From Octopus vulgaris (taxonomy: Eukaryota), in the NCBI GenBank assembly GCA_951406725.2, contig OX597833.1, positions 33,790,001 through 33,854,000 on the forward strand: a DNA stretch of 64,000 nt, read 5' to 3'. Shown piece by piece: positions 1 through 12,470 of the stretch. The position numbers and the translations under genes were made by a program. Position 1 is the stretch's first letter. Every line of letters begins with the position of its first letter. The notes below the pieces were generated by a model that saw only the letters and a list, made by a program, of their open reading frames with translations, was not told where the DNA came from and ran no database searches.

Positions 1-59
1 GGATAACTCGATTACATTGATCCCAGTTTTCAAGCTTTATCGACCCGGATGAAAGGTAA

Positions 60-259
60 AATCGTCCAATTTTCTCTGACAGGTTAGGGCATGGATTCCT
101 CCAAACGGACGCATATGTCGCTTAGTGGGATCGGCCCATCATTTGCTTCACAAATTTTTTGTCGTCAATACTTCACTTCCCGTATCACCTGTTTTAACAT
201 AACTGTTTCAACATAACTATGCCATTTTTAACCCGAGCAACGTCGGGTATCTCAGCTAG
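60..259 (+). mobile_element. Non-autonomous Helitron 3' end
   Basis: Subterminal hairpin ACCCGA-GCAACG-TCGGGT (231-248) followed by CTAG (256-259) and then T, the canonical Helitron 3' terminus; 5' boundary uncertain. Confidence 0.55.
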
Positions 260-661
260 TAAGAAATATTTATATGTCTTTGTAACGAAAGCTTTTCTAA
301 AATCTCAAAATTTTAATTTTTAATATATTTTCATTAAAACATTAAAATGTGGATTTTACGCTCCTTTTATTTAAATAAAAGCGGCTCTTGACTATTGAAT
401 TAAATCGGAAACGAATTCTAAATCCCTGTGAAACCTACTTCCTCTTCTATGTCTTTGAATCTATCAATTTCTTTTCAACATCAACCGAGCACAAAGGTAC
501 GATGTGTGTATTCGTATCTTGCATTTGAGAATACAAAAATTTAAAAAAATTTAAATGCGATGCATCTTTTTAGAAGGAGGTGAATAATTTTGAAATTTCT
601 AATATTTTATCTTTGGATCATTCTTATCAAAATATCCATGTGATTCAATTATTGAATCTCA

Positions 662-868
662 ATATTGATTTCTAATTTTGGTCCAAGGCCAACACTATCG
701 GGGACGGATGTAAATCAATTATATCCACCCCAGTGCTCAACTGGTATTTATTTTATTGACTCCGAAAGGATGAAAGGTAAAGTCGACCTCGGCGGAATAT
801 GAACTCAGAACATTAAGACAGACGAAATGTCACTAAGCATTCGCCCGGCGTGCTAACGATTCTGCCCA
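662..868 (-). mobile_element. tRNA-derived SINE, family A
   Basis: Core CCGAAAGGATGAAAGGTAAAGTCGACCTCGGCGGAATATGAACTCAGAA recurs at >=8 places in the window. Confidence 0.85.
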
Positions 869-896
869 ATTGAATCTTAATATTAATAATACTTTA

Positions 897-1112
897 AAGG
901 CGGCGAGCTGGCAGAATAGTTACCACGCCAAACAAAATGCTTAGCGGCATTTCGTCTGTCTTCCAGTTCAGAGTTCAAATTCCGCTAAAGTCGATTTTGC
1001 CTTTCATCCTTTCAGGGTCGATAAAGGAAGCTCCAGTTGAACTTTGAGATCGATGTAATCGACTTGCCCCCCTCCGACGAAATTGCTGGCCTTGTGCCGA
1101 AATTTGAAACCA
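897..1112 (+). mobile_element. tRNA-derived SINE, family A (sense copy)
   Basis: Head GGCGGCGAGCTGGCAGAA (A-box-like), B-box-like GAGTTCAAATTCC, body GCCTTTCATCCTTTCAGGGTCGATAAA. Confidence 0.85.
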
Positions 1113-1156
1113 ATTTTAATAATGCTTTCGCTAGCATAATTTTCAACAAATTATGG

Positions 1157-1594
1157 GGATCTCTTCGGTCTGAACGGCAGTTTTTAACATAATTTCTAGG
1201 TAACTAAAAAATTTTAAACTTCGTATACTTGGTAGAATGTGTTTAGAAAACATCTTTTTCTCTTGGCTTTATTGAGAAAATTCTGTAGTTTGTAAGATAT
1301 TTGTTGTTGTTTTTTTCTTCAATTTCTTCAATTTCAACCAATCAATGACCGTCTATTGAGGTGAAAACATTCTGTGCCGTATGAATATGTCCTTCGTTTA
1401 AGAAACAGATTGGGTTTATTTACATTTCTGAGGAAAAAAAGATACCCTTCCACCACCCCCAACCCTAACCCTAACTCTGACCCTAATCCTAAAATAGATT
1501 GAAATGCAATAGATCGATACTAGGGTCATAATTATGGGTGACAATTTCATATGACACCGCTAGAAAAAAACTGCCGTTCAAACCGAAAAGATCT
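1157..1594. mobile_element. MITE with ~29-bp TIRs and 8-bp TSD (Merlin-like termini)
   Basis: GGATCTCTTCGGTCTGAACGGCAGTTTTT ... AAAAACTGCCGTTCAAACCGAAAAGATCT; flanks AATTATGG (1149-1156) and AATTACGG (1595-1602); internal degenerate (CCTAAC)n at ~1461-1492. Confidence 0.8.
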
Positions 1595-1762
1595 AATTAC
1601 GGCGATATTTGCATTAACAACGCCCGTTTCATTTTCATAAAAGTGAAACAATTTTAACCATTGATATCTTCTTTGGTGGGTAGGGATCTAAATTTCGGTG
1701 ATAAAACAAACAGCACTATTTTACTTCGAGATTGAGTGAAAGCAATGAAACAAGCCGTTTAA

Positions 1763-2232
1763 ATGTATGTGTGTGTTGTGTGTGTGCGTGTGTGCGCGTG
1801 CGTGTTGTGCGTATGAGGTGTGTGTAGGAGGTATATGTGAGGTATACGTGCATTGATGTATATGCGCGTGCGTGTATATGGGCGTGTGTGTGCGTGTATG
1901 CGTGTGTGTATGTGTGTGTGTGCATGTGTGTGTATGAGCGTATGTGTATGTGAGTGTTTGTATGGAGCTGTGTTATGTAGAGGTATATGTGCGTTACTGT
2001 GTGCGTGCGTGTTTGCGCACGTGTATGCGCGTGTGTGCGTGTGCATGTGCGTGTATGTGTGTGTAGATGTATGTGTGTGTGCATGTGCATGTATGTGTTG
2101 TGAATATGTGTGTGGTGTTTGTGTTGTGTGTATGTGTGTATGAGAGGTATATGTGCGTTCATGTGTGTGCGCGGGTGAGTGCATTTTTCTTGTGTGTGTA
2201 TATGTACGTGTGAGTGTGTATGTGTGTGTGTA
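1763..2232. repeat. Degenerate (TG/TA/CG)n microsatellite
   Basis: Alternating purine-pyrimidine tract; source of the His/Thr and Val/Cys ORFs. Confidence 0.95.
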
Positions 2233-2533
2233 TATAGAAATAAAATAAAATATAATAAAATAAGGTTGATAGGGGATAAAATAGAAATTAATACAATTAT
2301 TTAAAAAATAGCGCAATAAAAAGTTAAACAATATGACAGAAAGAAAATGATTTTAAAAAGAGATAGAAAATCGAGACGGGGTAACAGTATAAAAAAGTAA
2401 GTGGGTATAAGGGGGGATAAAGTAAAATGAACTAAACTGACATCAAATAAATAAATAAAATAGCATAAAATAAAAAGTTGCTTATTTTAAGAAGTTTGTG
2501 GAGACAGTCATTAGGAGGAGGGGTTTGTGTTGA

Positions 2534-4868
2534 GCCTGCTCAAGTTTTTATCAAACCTGGAGTACCGATTCATGCAATGCAGAAATAGTATATCTCAAAT
2601 TTCAGCCTTCTGGCTGAAGTAGTTTCAGAGTTATGGGCTTTTTAAACTATAATCACTAGGTGGCACTAGATTCACACTTCAGTATTACCGCTGCCTAAAT
2701 CCTTGTAAACGCAAGAGAGATGTAGAATAAAAGTGTATTTACACATTTTTAAGATTGCTGAATTGAAATTGCTCTGTGTAAATGTTCAAAACTAGACTAT
2801 TTTAAGATAGAGGCCACTACAAGCATTTGATAACATACAAAATTAAAAGCAATTCATATTTTTAACTTTATAGGTTTAATTCCAATTTTAAATAACTGTA
2901 TGAGGAAAAGTGTGCTGAATGTCAGCAAATTTTTAAACATAACAAAGAATTAATGCTTTGTTAAATAAAATAAATCGAAGCTGAAGTTTCTCCTTCTTTT
3001 TACAAACATCATAAAAATCTTGAAGGCACTTGATTACCCGTTCTGCACTCTGATTTGTTCTGGGAATTTCCAGCTGTGATGGTTCTCGACTCCAAAAGTT
3101 TTTTTTTTACAGAGTTCAATGCTTTTCTATGAACTCGCATGGCTACCACATAACTTCTGATAATCACGTGCATTAAACATTTGGTCAGTAAACCAAAAAT
3201 CTGCCAAGCTGTGAGAGATGAATCGATAATCATTGAGAAGAAAAACATTTCTATGTTAGACGAAAAAATGCCAAAAGAGCTAGTATTGCTTGAGAATTCC
3301 ATTTTGCATTACTTCAGTTGGGTATTTTTTTCAAAACTTTACATTAGGAAATTTGCCGGTTTCTTCAAAGGAACAAAAAACTTTGGTCAAATGAAATAGA
3401 AATTTCATAACATCTCGCCATCCTGCTGATTTAGTAATCTTTCCTTCACCATTGTTGAAATTAGCCTAGAGTTTCTCGTAATTACTTAGAAGCTCTAGGA
3501 TGAATGTATATTCAATATTGGGAGATGACGTTTTTCTCCAAGTTCGTTATTTTGATGGTAAACGTATTGATGTCCACGAATACCAAGTGCTAGTTTTAAA
3601 GAATGAACAGGGAGAAGTTAAGATAGAAGCACTCCAGCTGTTTTAGATTATTACAATTTATGGGAACACGAAGAATTCTATCAAGGATATGATGCTGACA
3701 ACCAATAAATTGCAGTTTTTTCAAACCCTTTGAGCAAACAGTCTTTGCAACTGATTGCCATCAAATGCAACGACCAGTTTTCTAAATGTAGTGTTTTCTT
3801 CATTTTCTTTTTAAGTTTAACAGCTTCCTTGATAGTAGACCTGTAAATACCAGATTAGGAAGGAGTCTCGACATTGATTCCATCTTGTGATAATTGTCGA
3901 CAAACTGTTGCTGCTTTTTGGGTTGATAGCTTGGAAGATATTACTAACTTGGTTGCAATTCCAGTTTTGCTATACTTCCTCCTTGTTTGTGTGGATTCTT
4001 CATCTGATTTTTCAGACTCTTGATATTCACTTTCAGTCTCTACTTCAGACGTTGACGATGACACTGGAGTTGCTCTGCTTGAAGTAGGCATTAAGGACAC
4101 TTTTCTCTTTTGGATGGATGGATGGATAGTTTTGGAACTGACTTCCTTCCCTGTTCCATACCCAACCTTCCATTGCTTTCAATTTGAAGATAATATAACC
4201 TTCTATCCTCGCTGCACAGCCATTCACCGTTTTCCTTTCTGATGTCAAAAATTCCTTTCAAGAATCACATTTTCCTCGTTTTACACATTTATCGTAGGTA
4301 TTCAGCACTTTTTCTACTTTTGCTTGTACATTTTCAATTCATAAATATGGAAAATTTAATTTCTTTTGTCATAAAAAAGTTACTTCTTTCGAAATTTCCT
4401 TTGTTCTTTCTTTCCTTCCTTTGATGGTACCTCCAAGGAACGGGTAGCAACCGACATTTTGAAGTTTTATTGGAATACTAAAGCTGTTTTCCAAAGAATG
4501 CTCTTCTAGAGGAAGAGGTCTTCTTTTCTTATGTGAGTCATGAAATTGCACGAGATTCTTCGTCCAGATTTTTTGGTTTCCTTGAGTGACACAAGTACTT
4601 CTCTTATGAGATATTATTTTAAATACTCTAGTTGGATAAGCCTACTATTCTGAAAAACAGTTAATAAAGTCAGAGTTTTTAGCGTCTCAGAAATAAAAAG
4701 GAGAGGAAGAGGCTATTTACTAAAGTAGGACCTAAGTGTTAACAAATTAAAAACTATAACTCCTAAACTACTTAAACATGAAAACCGACATTTGAGATAT
4801 ACTGTTTCTGCATTGCATTAAGTCACCACACCAAGTTTGGTAAAAAAAAAAAAAAACTTGAGTAGGCA
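2534..4868 (-). mobile_element. Decayed DNA transposon with ~110-bp imperfect inverted repeats and transposase remnants
   Basis: 2534-2642 is the imperfect reverse complement of 4750-4868; minus-strand remnants KLSTQKAATVCRQLSQDGINVETPS*SGIY...WSLH; the continuation FDGKRIDVHEYQVLVLKNE lies on the plus strand (~3551-3640). Superfamily not assigned. Confidence 0.6.
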
Positions 4869-5050
4869 TTATGAGCCCCATGAGAATTTTGCATGATTTG
4901 GGTCAAAAGTGGTGTTAGATTTCTTCAGTTAGGAGTGACGTTTTTTAAAAAAACTTAAAATAATGGTTATTTTCCTTACTTATATGACATTGTTCATCGA
5001 CTTTTGATACAGGAAATTGTTTACTTCCCCAAAAAATCAAAGTCATAACC

Positions 5051-5080
<30 letters not shown>

Positions 5081-5085
<5 letters not shown>

Positions 5086-5402
5086 ATAAATTAAATATAG
5101 AGATATTCTATTGACAATCCAATAATTTATTTATATTACAATATTACATTAAATACTATGAATATAATATACTCTGAATATAATATATAGCATAACATAA
5201 GTCTTATATATAACTGTGATTATGCATATCAGAAAAAATATATATAAGTCGAAATAATTTGTAGGCTTTTTACGGTTTTTATAATTATTTATATAATATT
5301 ATGTTATGTCATATATTATATTCATAGTATTTAATGTAATATTGTAATATAAATAAATCATTGGATTGTCAAAAGAATATCTCTATATTTAATTTATCTT
5401 TA
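5081..5402. repeat. Long AT-rich inverted repeat next to (TA)n
   Basis: TAAAGATAAATTAAATATAGAGATATTC... pairs with ...GAATATCTCTATATTTAATTTATCTTTA over about 90-110 bp. Confidence 0.9.
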
Positions 5403-5610
5403 TTATTGAATTATACCAATATTTGTACGGTACCAGTGAATTGGATGTTCAAAACACTCCTTTGAATGATTTCCTTTCCTCAGTTTGTCACTTTATATAT
5501 ATATAATATATATATATAAGTTCAGCAAAATTTAGATTCAGACGAATATGGTACTTAAGTCAAAGGCACCAGAATTTTGTATGGTATTATCCGTATAAAT
5601 CAATGGGGTG

Positions 5611-5835
5611 ATTATAATCAGAATAAGCAACAAGTATATCCGAGGTAGAGTGGTACAATTGTTTAATGCTACTTCATTTTATTAAACACTTTAAGTATTA
5701 CATCAGTTTTAAAATGTCGAGCAATCTTCAGCCACTTATAGAAATTTTCCAATCAATGCAAATTCTTCTCTATGTAGCATGAAACAATTGTAGCACTCTA
5801 CCTCAGATATACTTGTTGCTTATTTTGATTGTAAT
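5611..5835. repeat. Inverted repeat (62-bp arms) with a degenerate hammerhead-like core in the loop
   Basis: 5611-5672 pairs with 5774-5835; the minus strand of the loop reads CTGAAGA...AAAACTGATGTA...AATAAA. Confidence 0.8.
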
Positions 5836-6221
5836 ACATACTTATATATATATATAAAAGTACAAAGTGAGATAGGGGTTATGAGTGTAACCCACTATGG
5901 GATATCATTTATCCAATATACTGCCAGTAAAGTACCCAGAAGGCTAATACATAAATGCTAAGAATTGCAATGCAATTATTTCATTTATTGTATTGTATGG
6001 GCGAAGGTAAAATGTTTTACCTTAAATTCATAATACAAAATAAGAAAACGGAGGAATAGATTTCTATCAATCATCAACTTCCAGATAATACCAATTCATA
6101 TAATTTATTAACTAATTATTTATATTAAATAGGAACATCCAAATCCAACAGAATAGTACAGAATAAAACAATATACATCAATAAGTAAGATAATACCATA
6201 AGGATAATACATATAAAATGG

Positions 6222-6323
6222 ATCTTACAGCTGTTATGCCCATATTAGTCAGATATATTGAGGTAATATGCAGTATAAAAATGAGTTACTTATATATATA
6301 TATCTCAAGGCCTCGTCAGAGAT
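6222..6323 (-). ncRNA. Degenerate type I hammerhead (long stem II), PLE terminal module
   Basis: AUCU-CUGACGA-GGCC...GGGC-AUAAC(for GAAAC)-AGCU-GUA-AGAU; stem I AUCU/AGAU, palindromic stem III ACAGCUGU; GAAA is mutated. Confidence 0.55.
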
Positions 6324-6343
6324 TATAAAGTATAATTATAAAG

Positions 6344-6527
6344 ATATAAAAGGAAGATATAAAATGCAAATATGGATATTAAAGAAGGTACACATATACA
6401 TGAATATGCATATATACATATATACATATACATATAAGTGTATATACACCTATGTATATATGCATATTCTTGTATATGTGTACCTTCTTTAATATCCATA
6501 TTTGCATTTTATATCTTCCTTTTATAT
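6344..6527. repeat. Fold-back hairpin (~78-bp arms)
   Basis: ATATAAAAGGAAGATATAAAATGCAAATATGG... pairs with ...CCATATTTGCATTTTATATCTTCCTTTTATAT. Confidence 0.9.
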
Positions 6528-6637
6528 ACACACATGTGTGTATAAATAGTAATGGTAAGACAGCAAAAGAATGAAAGAGACCTCGATATTATGTAAATAG
6601 AGGAATTTATCTGTAATATAATATGTGACAATTATTC

Positions 6638-6716
6638 GGTTGCCATAATAAGACTCCGAGTTTCGGCTGTCGGGGCGGAAACCTTCTCCGGCATCTCGTC
6701 AGTTATCGAGGCAATC
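6638..6716 (-). ncRNA. Type I hammerhead ribozyme (PLE-associated)
   Basis: AUAA-CUGACGA-GAUGCCGG...CCGACAGCC-GAAAC-UCGGA-GUC-UUAU; distal stem I UUGCC/GGCAA; intact core and GUC site (6652-6654); stem II imperfect. Confidence 0.75.
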
Positions 6717-7361
6717 AAAATATGCTATGAAAATGACCGTTAAAAAAAGGGAAATTACTATGTAATTGACTGTTATTAAGACAAAAGAGCTATTAGAATG
6801 ACTGTTAAATAAGGGAAAAAAGCCAACAGGGAGGAAGTAAAAAGTACAGAAGTAAAAATGCTCATAGCAATCGCGTATGCGCGCATGCACATACACATGC
6901 GCGCACTCACACCCTTTTACCTGTGGCTATATGCATATGCTCACTCCCACGCGCGTGAAACACATACATGCGCACCCACACATACACCAATAAATGCACA
7001 AATATATGCAACCATGCATGTACACGTATACATATCCACACACAAACATACACACACATACGTACACATACCCATATGCGCACAGGTTCAGCCAAAGAGA
7101 CTGATTGAGTAAGTACCAGGTTTTAAAAGTATAGGCACTGCTATTGATTCATACGACTATAAATTCTTAAAGGTGGTGCCCCAGCATGGTCGCAGTCTAA
7201 TAACTGAAACAAGTAAAAAATATAGATAGGTAGAGAGAAAGAGAGAGAGAGAGAGAGACATAAACACATATCCATATATGTATATAAATATGTATATGCA
7301 TGTATATGTATATGCATATATATGCATGCAAATGCATATTGCATGTATGTGTATATATATT

Positions 7362-7444
<83 letters not shown>

Positions 7445-7870
7445 TTTATTCATACCAGACACGAGCCGTTAGTAATTACTCAGGGTAGGCAGTTGGTGAC
7501 CTGTATATAGTAAAACACACAAAAAATAAGCGAAACAGGCGCGCGACTGAGTTGTAGGCAGATTCACTTCTGCCTTTATAGCACGTAAAGAAAACGGTGT
7601 TGTAGGAGTGTACACAGCATATGTACTACAGTACCTTAAATACTGAAATTGGAAAGCAGGGGCGAATTATGCCTATCTAATCTAGAAAACAAAATTTGCA
7701 TTTTATGCATAGCAATCAGTAACCTTCATAATTTTATTGAATTAGGGTGCATATTTTGCCGTAAAAGGAAAATGTTGCCATCGATTTATTTTATTCAAGC
7801 TAGACACTGCCTACCTTTCCTACCTAGGCGGCACGTCCCTGATGCATGCATATATATATGTGTGTGTGTG

Positions 7871-7919
<49 letters not shown>

Positions 7920-8614
7920 ATATATAATAACTGTATTTGTTTTGTCGTTTTACATTAGGAAATTGATCTATGAGAAACTCATTGTCACTCTATCTGTTTG
8001 TAAAAGCTGTTAAATCTTCCTGAAACCACATCCAACGACCTTAAAAGAAAAAGAAACACTGGATAGCATACAATTTTATACGTCCCATATATTACGTAAA
8101 CGTTTGGAAACTAAAGTTCTTGACAATGATGGATGGAACGGCGTTGATATTTGAACTGTTGGCTGAGGACCGAACTTGATTTAAACAATAAAGGTTATGG
8201 TGTTTCGGTATTCTGTTTCTTTTTACTGCATGTCTTATAATCTAATTTTCATTTCAATGGCTTTACAAACATATGCAGGGATATGTTTTTCAAAGATTTA
8301 AATTACGATAATGTGGATGGCATTCTTTTATTCTATTTATTTTTTATTTTTTTCTAAGAGATAAAAGTCCATACCGTTTTAATTATTCCTTAACTTGCTC
8401 ATGATCTTTGCAAAAAATCCCTGCAACAATACTGATCGAAAGAGCTGTGACTGATAACCTACAACATGTCCTCTTTCTTGCACTACTTATCTCACAATAT
8501 TTAGTTTGTGGTGCAATGATAACGACTAAGCTATTGGATGTTTTAAAAGGAATGAACTTACGCTCTTAGTAAATCATTTATATATGTAAATCATATGTTT
8601 ACATGTTTATACAT

Positions 8615-8645
<31 letters not shown>

Positions 8646-8725
8646 TACATACATATATATATATATATACACCTATATATTAATGTATATATATGTGCGT
8701 GTGCACATGTATGTATATATATATG

Positions 8726-8757
<32 letters not shown>

Positions 8758-8799
8758 TATACATGATGCGAGCGGTATTTGAATACCCTTCATTATCAG

Positions 8800-10500
8800 T
8801 ATATTACTTTCTTCATACCAATTAAAAGGGTTTCATTTCTTTCAGATCCTATGCCAGGAAAAATGCTTACACAAGAGAAAAAAGGCGGCATGCAGTCGTT
8901 GTTGCCATATATGCGGAGCTCAGCGATTTAGAAATTTCCAACTTTCTAAATGTTAGTTAGTTAGTTAGTTAGTTAATTTGGCTCAAAAGCAAATAGCAAG
9001 GCCATGTAGGGGGACATGGAGTTAAGTACAGGGTGGTGTTCATGTAAAGAGTTCAGGCCACTTGAGGTCAAGGGAGGCTTTGAACAAAGCGGTCGTCGGC
9101 ATCTTCACCATCTCGTCTGGCAGCTTCCACGGATCCGCAACCCGGACGGAGAAAGCTCCTCTCCTTCGATTGAGATGAAATCGTCGCAGGTAGACCTTTC
9201 GGAATGACCCCGCAGCCGACGCTCTGGAGCAGGAGTGAAGAACAGCTCTTTCGAGAGGTTACACTTTCCGCTTATGATGTTGTTGTGGGCGAGAATGAGA
9301 TCACCACGGCGGCGGCGTTTTTCAAGAGAATAAAGTTAGAGCGTCCTCAGCCTTTCTTCATAGGACAAATTTTTGAGACCGTGAACCATGCGAGTAGCCA
9401 GCTTCTGGACTCTTTCGAGATGCTGTATGTCTATGAGGAGATAAGGAGAAGAGGCTTGAATCCCGTACTCCAATATGGGTCTCACCAGCGTGACATAGAG
9501 TGGTAGGAATATGGCTGCTGTGAGCATTCCGAATGACCGTCGAATCAAGAACAGAATTCCGCGTGCTTTGTTGGCAGCATGGACGCACTGGGCCGAAGGC
9601 GAAGAGGAGGAATCCACCAAGATACCCAGGTCCTTTACCTGATCGGTCCTCTCCAGCAGCAGACGACCCGGCTCGAAATCAAGTTGAGTTGCAGGAGGAG
9701 AGCCAACAGGCAGATGACAGCACTTTGACACGTTCAGACACAGGTCCCATTCGTTAGACCACTTCCAAATTTGGTGGAGGCATCGACGAAGATCCTCTAT
9801 ATCACCGCGAGGAGCGACCAGTTTGATATCGTCGGCAAATAGAAGGGTGTGTTGCGTGAGGTCGTCGGGCAAGTCATTTATGAAGACTAAGAACAATAAG
9901 GGCCCAAGCACTGAACCTTGAGGCACGCCACTGCTCGCACTGGAGACGTCGGACCGCGAACCATTAACTTGGACTTGGAAGGAGCGATCTGAGAGGAAGG
10001 CACCAACCCATCGTACAATATCCGGATGGAAACTATATGCTTGCACTATCTTCTGTATGCAAAGTTCGGATGGAATTGGAATCCTCTGGCAGGAATGTTT
10101 CAACTGTGTCAAAAAGAAAGAAAGAAATATTCTAAATATTCGAACATCACAATTCAACGGATTCAAATCATTATCAATGATGATCTCTGAAAATCAATGA
10201 AGTTCATTGCAAAAGATCTTCCTGTGTCAGAGTCGACTGTCAGAACTGTGGTGTATAAGGACATTCTATACTAGTTGTATGTATTGAGGAAAAGCCATTT
10301 AATGTCTACAAAGACGCAAGAAAACCGTTTGATCCGTGCCAAGCAACTACTTAATAAGGTAAAAAAAAATCATGAACATGACGTGCATGGTTCTTTTCAA
10401 TGAGAAAAACTTCGATCAAAACACCAAAAGGTGGTTACGTGCAAATCCTTTTATATATTAAATCCTTTTATATGTTAACGGGTGTATATTCAAATATGAG
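8800..10500 (+). mobile_element. Decayed Tc1/maT-like transposon split by a LINE
   Basis: N-terminal remnant (...RRHAVVVAIYAELSDLEISNFL) at 8864-8950 resumes after ~10050 (IAKDLPVSESTVRTVV...RLIRAKQLLNKVK...EKNF). Confidence 0.65.
8952..10050 (-). mobile_element. 5'-truncated CR1/L2-group LINE (RT domain)
   Basis: SGVPQGSVLGPLLFLVFINDL, FADD, KDLGILVD, RPILEY, LERVQ; after the stop at 9336 it continues RRRRGDL...LRGHS; 3' tail (CTAA)n at 8952-8975. Confidence 0.92.
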
Positions 10501-11159
10501 CTACTAATAGTTTCATGCTGTGGAAACAATAATTCGGCAGATTTATATATCATGCCTTGTGTCTCCAAGCAATCTTTCAGGCTCGAATACACAACTTGAC
10601 TAGTCTTATTTGGAAAAAAAAACGGGAAAGAACGCTGGTGTATGAGAAAACCCGAGAAAAAGCAAGAGGAAGGTTAATGCAAAAAGGTGAAATAAAGAAA
10701 GGAGCGGCGAGAAAACAAAAAGAAAATACAAATAGAGAATGAAAGGACAGAAAACCAAGAGTTGCATCATCCTTTGTTTTGTCGAAATCAGAATTAATAT
10801 ACCAGGTGTAGAATAATTCAACGGGGAAGAGGCCAAAGTCTGTGAGACAGTATGCTCAATCCAGGAGAGGTTGATGTCCTCCAGTCTGATAAAAGAAATT
10901 CTAGATCTAGAATTAAGTAGCGTGATGGAATTATTGATTCTAAAACGAATATGGAAACCTTTCGGTTACACGTAGCTTGCATCTCTTTGATCCATTTACA
11001 TGTGGCGTGGATCTCTCTACGATGTACAACTTGATTGTATGTGGTGTATAATTGGTCTTCAGATGCCATATATGACAAGGTCGACTTCAGCGGAATTTGA
11101 ACTGAGAATGTAAAGACTGACGGAATGCCGTTAAGCATTTTCCCCGGTGTACTATCATA

Positions 11160-11450
11160 TATATATAGTCAATATTGACATATCTTTTTGCGAACTGAAT
11201 CGCCTTATCCAACAATGATCTTGATATCAAGGGAGCTACAATATCAAAATGTGTAAATCTGGCTCTACGCTTATCCTTTAAATTCCTAATCCAATCTACG
11301 ACAGTGCTGCTATTTGCCAATTGCTTTAGTTTAGTAGTCTCCTTAATTCTAATGTCAATAGTACTTAGTATTTTTTGGCTACTAAACTAATTTCAGTTTT
11401 CGCTGGCTCATTACTGAAATTAGATCTTTTATCTTTTAAAGTGATAGCCA
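11160..11450 (-). pseudogene. Penelope-like RT fragment
   Basis: NEPAKTEIS...KQLANSSTVVDWIRNLKDKRRARFTHFDIVA.ISRSLLDKAIQFA (FDI motif). Confidence 0.7.
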
Positions 11451-11999
11451 GTGGGAAGCAACAACAGTGGAATCCGTTGTTTCACAACCGTCTTCAAACC
11501 TGCAAAATTTCCTTCCTGTTCTGTTAAAGATATGTAGATTGCTATCTCTCAGTAATCTGTGGATAAATTTTAGAGGAGATTTATCTGAAAATTATAAGCA
11601 AATACGAAACATAATCACACAGCTATCACTCATTTCTGTGTTGCTATCTTCAGTATAGTTCTCACAGTATGGTACTCACAGTTTTGTCAATGAGTGGAGT
11701 CAAATTGCATAAGTATGGCTTGCCTCAAAATAGTTGTCCTCCAAGGGAACCAAAAACCACATGAGCTCTGTTATGATATTAACATCTAAAATTGATGGAA
11801 ATAAACAGAAACATGAAGAATGGATGTAAAATAGGAAACGGTTCAGAATAAGGAGATAACTGATAGAGCAAAAGCAAGATGAAGTGTGTGCTGATTCTAC
11901 TCTCAAATAATTTCAGAAGCTGAATGAAGTGCTGGACGGATGGGTGTCAGGAAGATAAGCTGTGGGGAATGCTTGATGGGAGTAGATTGGGTGCTAGGA

Positions 12000-12470
12000 C
12001 AGGGACCAGCATGTACAAGCACAAATACAACGTTTTAGGGCCTCACTTTCGCCGTGACAAACAGGTCTTATCTGGTGCAACGAATAACCAGCCTTTGCGG
12101 TTCTTTGTCGTCTCTTCCATGACGTCCAAGATCTTGAGATCAGCCTTCATTACTTCGTCCCTTGTGTTTCTGGGTTTCCTTCGTTAAGTTTTAAACACTT
12201 TAAGCGATCGGCACTTCTTTAAATGGCTGTCCTCATACATATGTATCATGATAGAAATAGCACAGTCTTCTCTCTTGTTCTTTAAATTTGATACCCTTTG
12301 TGCCCAATTTTTTTCTCATTGCATTTGCACTTTGTCGTACAACGAAGCATACTTGTCCCATTGCTTCCCGGTTTTCGCAGGTTTCCTGCCAACGATTTCA
12401 AGGGAAGATACGCTCAGATTCAGGAATAGAGAAAATACCACTTCTTTGTCTTACTTTCTGTAGAGGCTCT
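12000..12470 (-). mobile_element. Decayed RTE-like LINE 3' end
   Basis: Remnant RKPRNTRDEVMKADLKILDVMEETTKNRKGW resembles the RTE C-terminal GRP-x-TW-x-V-x-DL segment. Confidence 0.55.

Noticed and set aside
897-990. tRNA gene
   Set aside because: A/B boxes belong to a SINE head; no cloverleaf.
1716-2331. His/Thr-rich ORFs (and the many YI/HT/CV-repeat ORFs elsewhere)
   Set aside because: Dinucleotide repeats lack stop codons; not genes.
5200-5270. CTGTGATT...GTCGAAATAATTTGTA in a hairpin loop
   Set aside because: Too degenerate to call a ribozyme.
9336-10166. 276-aa ORF as an intact gene
   Set aside because: The first ~40 codons come from the antisense Tc1 flank; the rest is a truncated LINE RT with a premature stop.
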